Assembly (NCBI GenBank): GCA_039586365.1 | Contig: JBDHKN010000024.1 | Coordinates: 1-48,603 of the forward strand | Direction of reading: 5' to 3' | Origin: Gemmatimonadota bacterium | GTDB taxonomy: Bacteria; Gemmatimonadota; Gemmatimonadetes; Gemmatimonadales; GWC2-71-9 | DNA: 48,603 bases | Shown here: in pieces, positions 48,524-48,603 of the stretch | How positions within the stretch are numbered: the first letter of the stretch is position 1 | Layout of the letters: each line of letters starts with the position of its first letter | The notes under the pieces: model-generated | Told to the model about the DNA's origin: nothing | Databases searched by the model: none | What the model saw: only the letters and a program-made list of their open reading frames with translations | Made by a program: the position numbers and the translations under genes

Positions 48524-48603
48524 TGCGTGGTTCTGCTGGTGCTGTTCTTGACACTGCGAATCGATCTCGGGCCGGCGGCCGATCCGGTAGAGGTGGTCTA
48601 ACA

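Overview
A ~60% GC bacterial chromosomal segment, densely coding (about 36 CDS). Gene content and style suggest Gemmatimonadota, but this is inference only. I found no rRNA, tRNA, CRISPR array, integrase or transposase. From left to right: (1) exported hydrolases and peptidases (probable alkaline phosphatase 3' end, HupE/UreJ-type membrane protein, M1 aminopeptidase, DUF6702-like, CBM9/DUF5916-like, CocE/NonD, MlrC/M81); (2) moaA flanked by two unknown genes with sigma54-like promoters; (3) three-subunit transhydrogenase pntAA-pntAB-pntB; (4) a minus-strand run arfB / YdjM-like hydrolase / GMC oxidoreductase / Gfo-Idh-MocA / YbhB; (5) patatin, acnA, tkt-rpiA-SURF1, a Tat-signal class V PLP enzyme, trxC and a Met/Cys gamma-lyase; (6) two tandem paralogous surface lipoproteins; (7) an acyl-CoA dehydrogenase; (8) an overlapping operon of degenerate PRTase, PIG-L deacetylase, Fe3+/AfuABC-type ABC transporter and an MFS gene interrupted by an in-frame TAG. 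The most notable candidate system is the lipoprotein pair, which shares a ~330-aa N-terminal stalk and a duplicated promoter but has unrelated C-terminal modules, one apparently circularly permuted. All functional calls come from motif recognition by eye; no database searches were run.
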